Positions 63,815 through 64,000 of a stretch of 64,000 nt of DNA are shown in pieces. Positions within the stretch are counted from its first letter, which is position 1, and each line of letters starts with the position of its first letter. This DNA is from Octopus sinensis. Taxonomy: Eukaryota. The notes below the pieces were generated by a model that searched no databases, had not been told where the DNA came from, and saw nothing but the letters and a program-made list of their open reading frames with translations. A program made the translations under genes and the position numbers. The DNA is taken from assembly GCF_006345805.1 (NCBI RefSeq), contig NC_043024.1, positions 8,742,001 to 8,806,000 of the forward strand, in the 5' to 3' direction.

Positions 63815-64000
63815 TTTTACTTGTTTCAGTCATTTGACTGCGGCCATGCTGGAGCACCGCCTTTTAGTCGAGCAACTCGACCCCGGGACTTATTCTTTGT
63901 AAGCCCAGTACTTATTCTATCGGTCTCTTTTGCCGAACCGCTAAGTGACGGGGACGTAAACACATCAGCATCGGTTGTCAAGCAATGCTAGGGGGACAAA
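63815..64000 (-). mobile_element. SINE family A 3' half, running off the window
   Basis: Reverse complement of 63225-63410. Confidence 0.9.

Overview
Repeat-saturated, AT-rich animal genomic DNA, most likely an octopus (inferred from the tRNA-derived SINE families and the extreme microsatellite density). It looks like intron or intergenic sequence. I find no credible intact protein-coding gene, tRNA/rRNA gene or CRISPR array; nearly all long ORFs in the track are translated microsatellites. The window holds: three abundant SINE families (here A, B, C); 3' fragments of RTE, BovB-like RTE, CR1-like and probable R4/Dong LINEs; decayed DNA transposons (hAT with BED finger, maT/DD37D-like, mariner, piggyBac-type MITEs, non-autonomous Helitron); a Gypsy integrase remnant with PPT and LTR; many micro/minisatellites and local tandem duplications. 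The most interesting structure is a near-perfect inverted repeat of two 388-bp arms (25781-26649), each arm carrying a foldable type I hammerhead ribozyme, as in Penelope-like pLTRs. Further hammerhead-like motifs sit in small elements inside (TA)n tracts. Also notable are a hAT remnant that resembles oomycete-type transposases and SINE multimers with a fixed, self-complementary junction. Family assignments come from motifs recalled from memory, not database searches. Boundaries of decayed repeats are approximate (about 10-30 bp).
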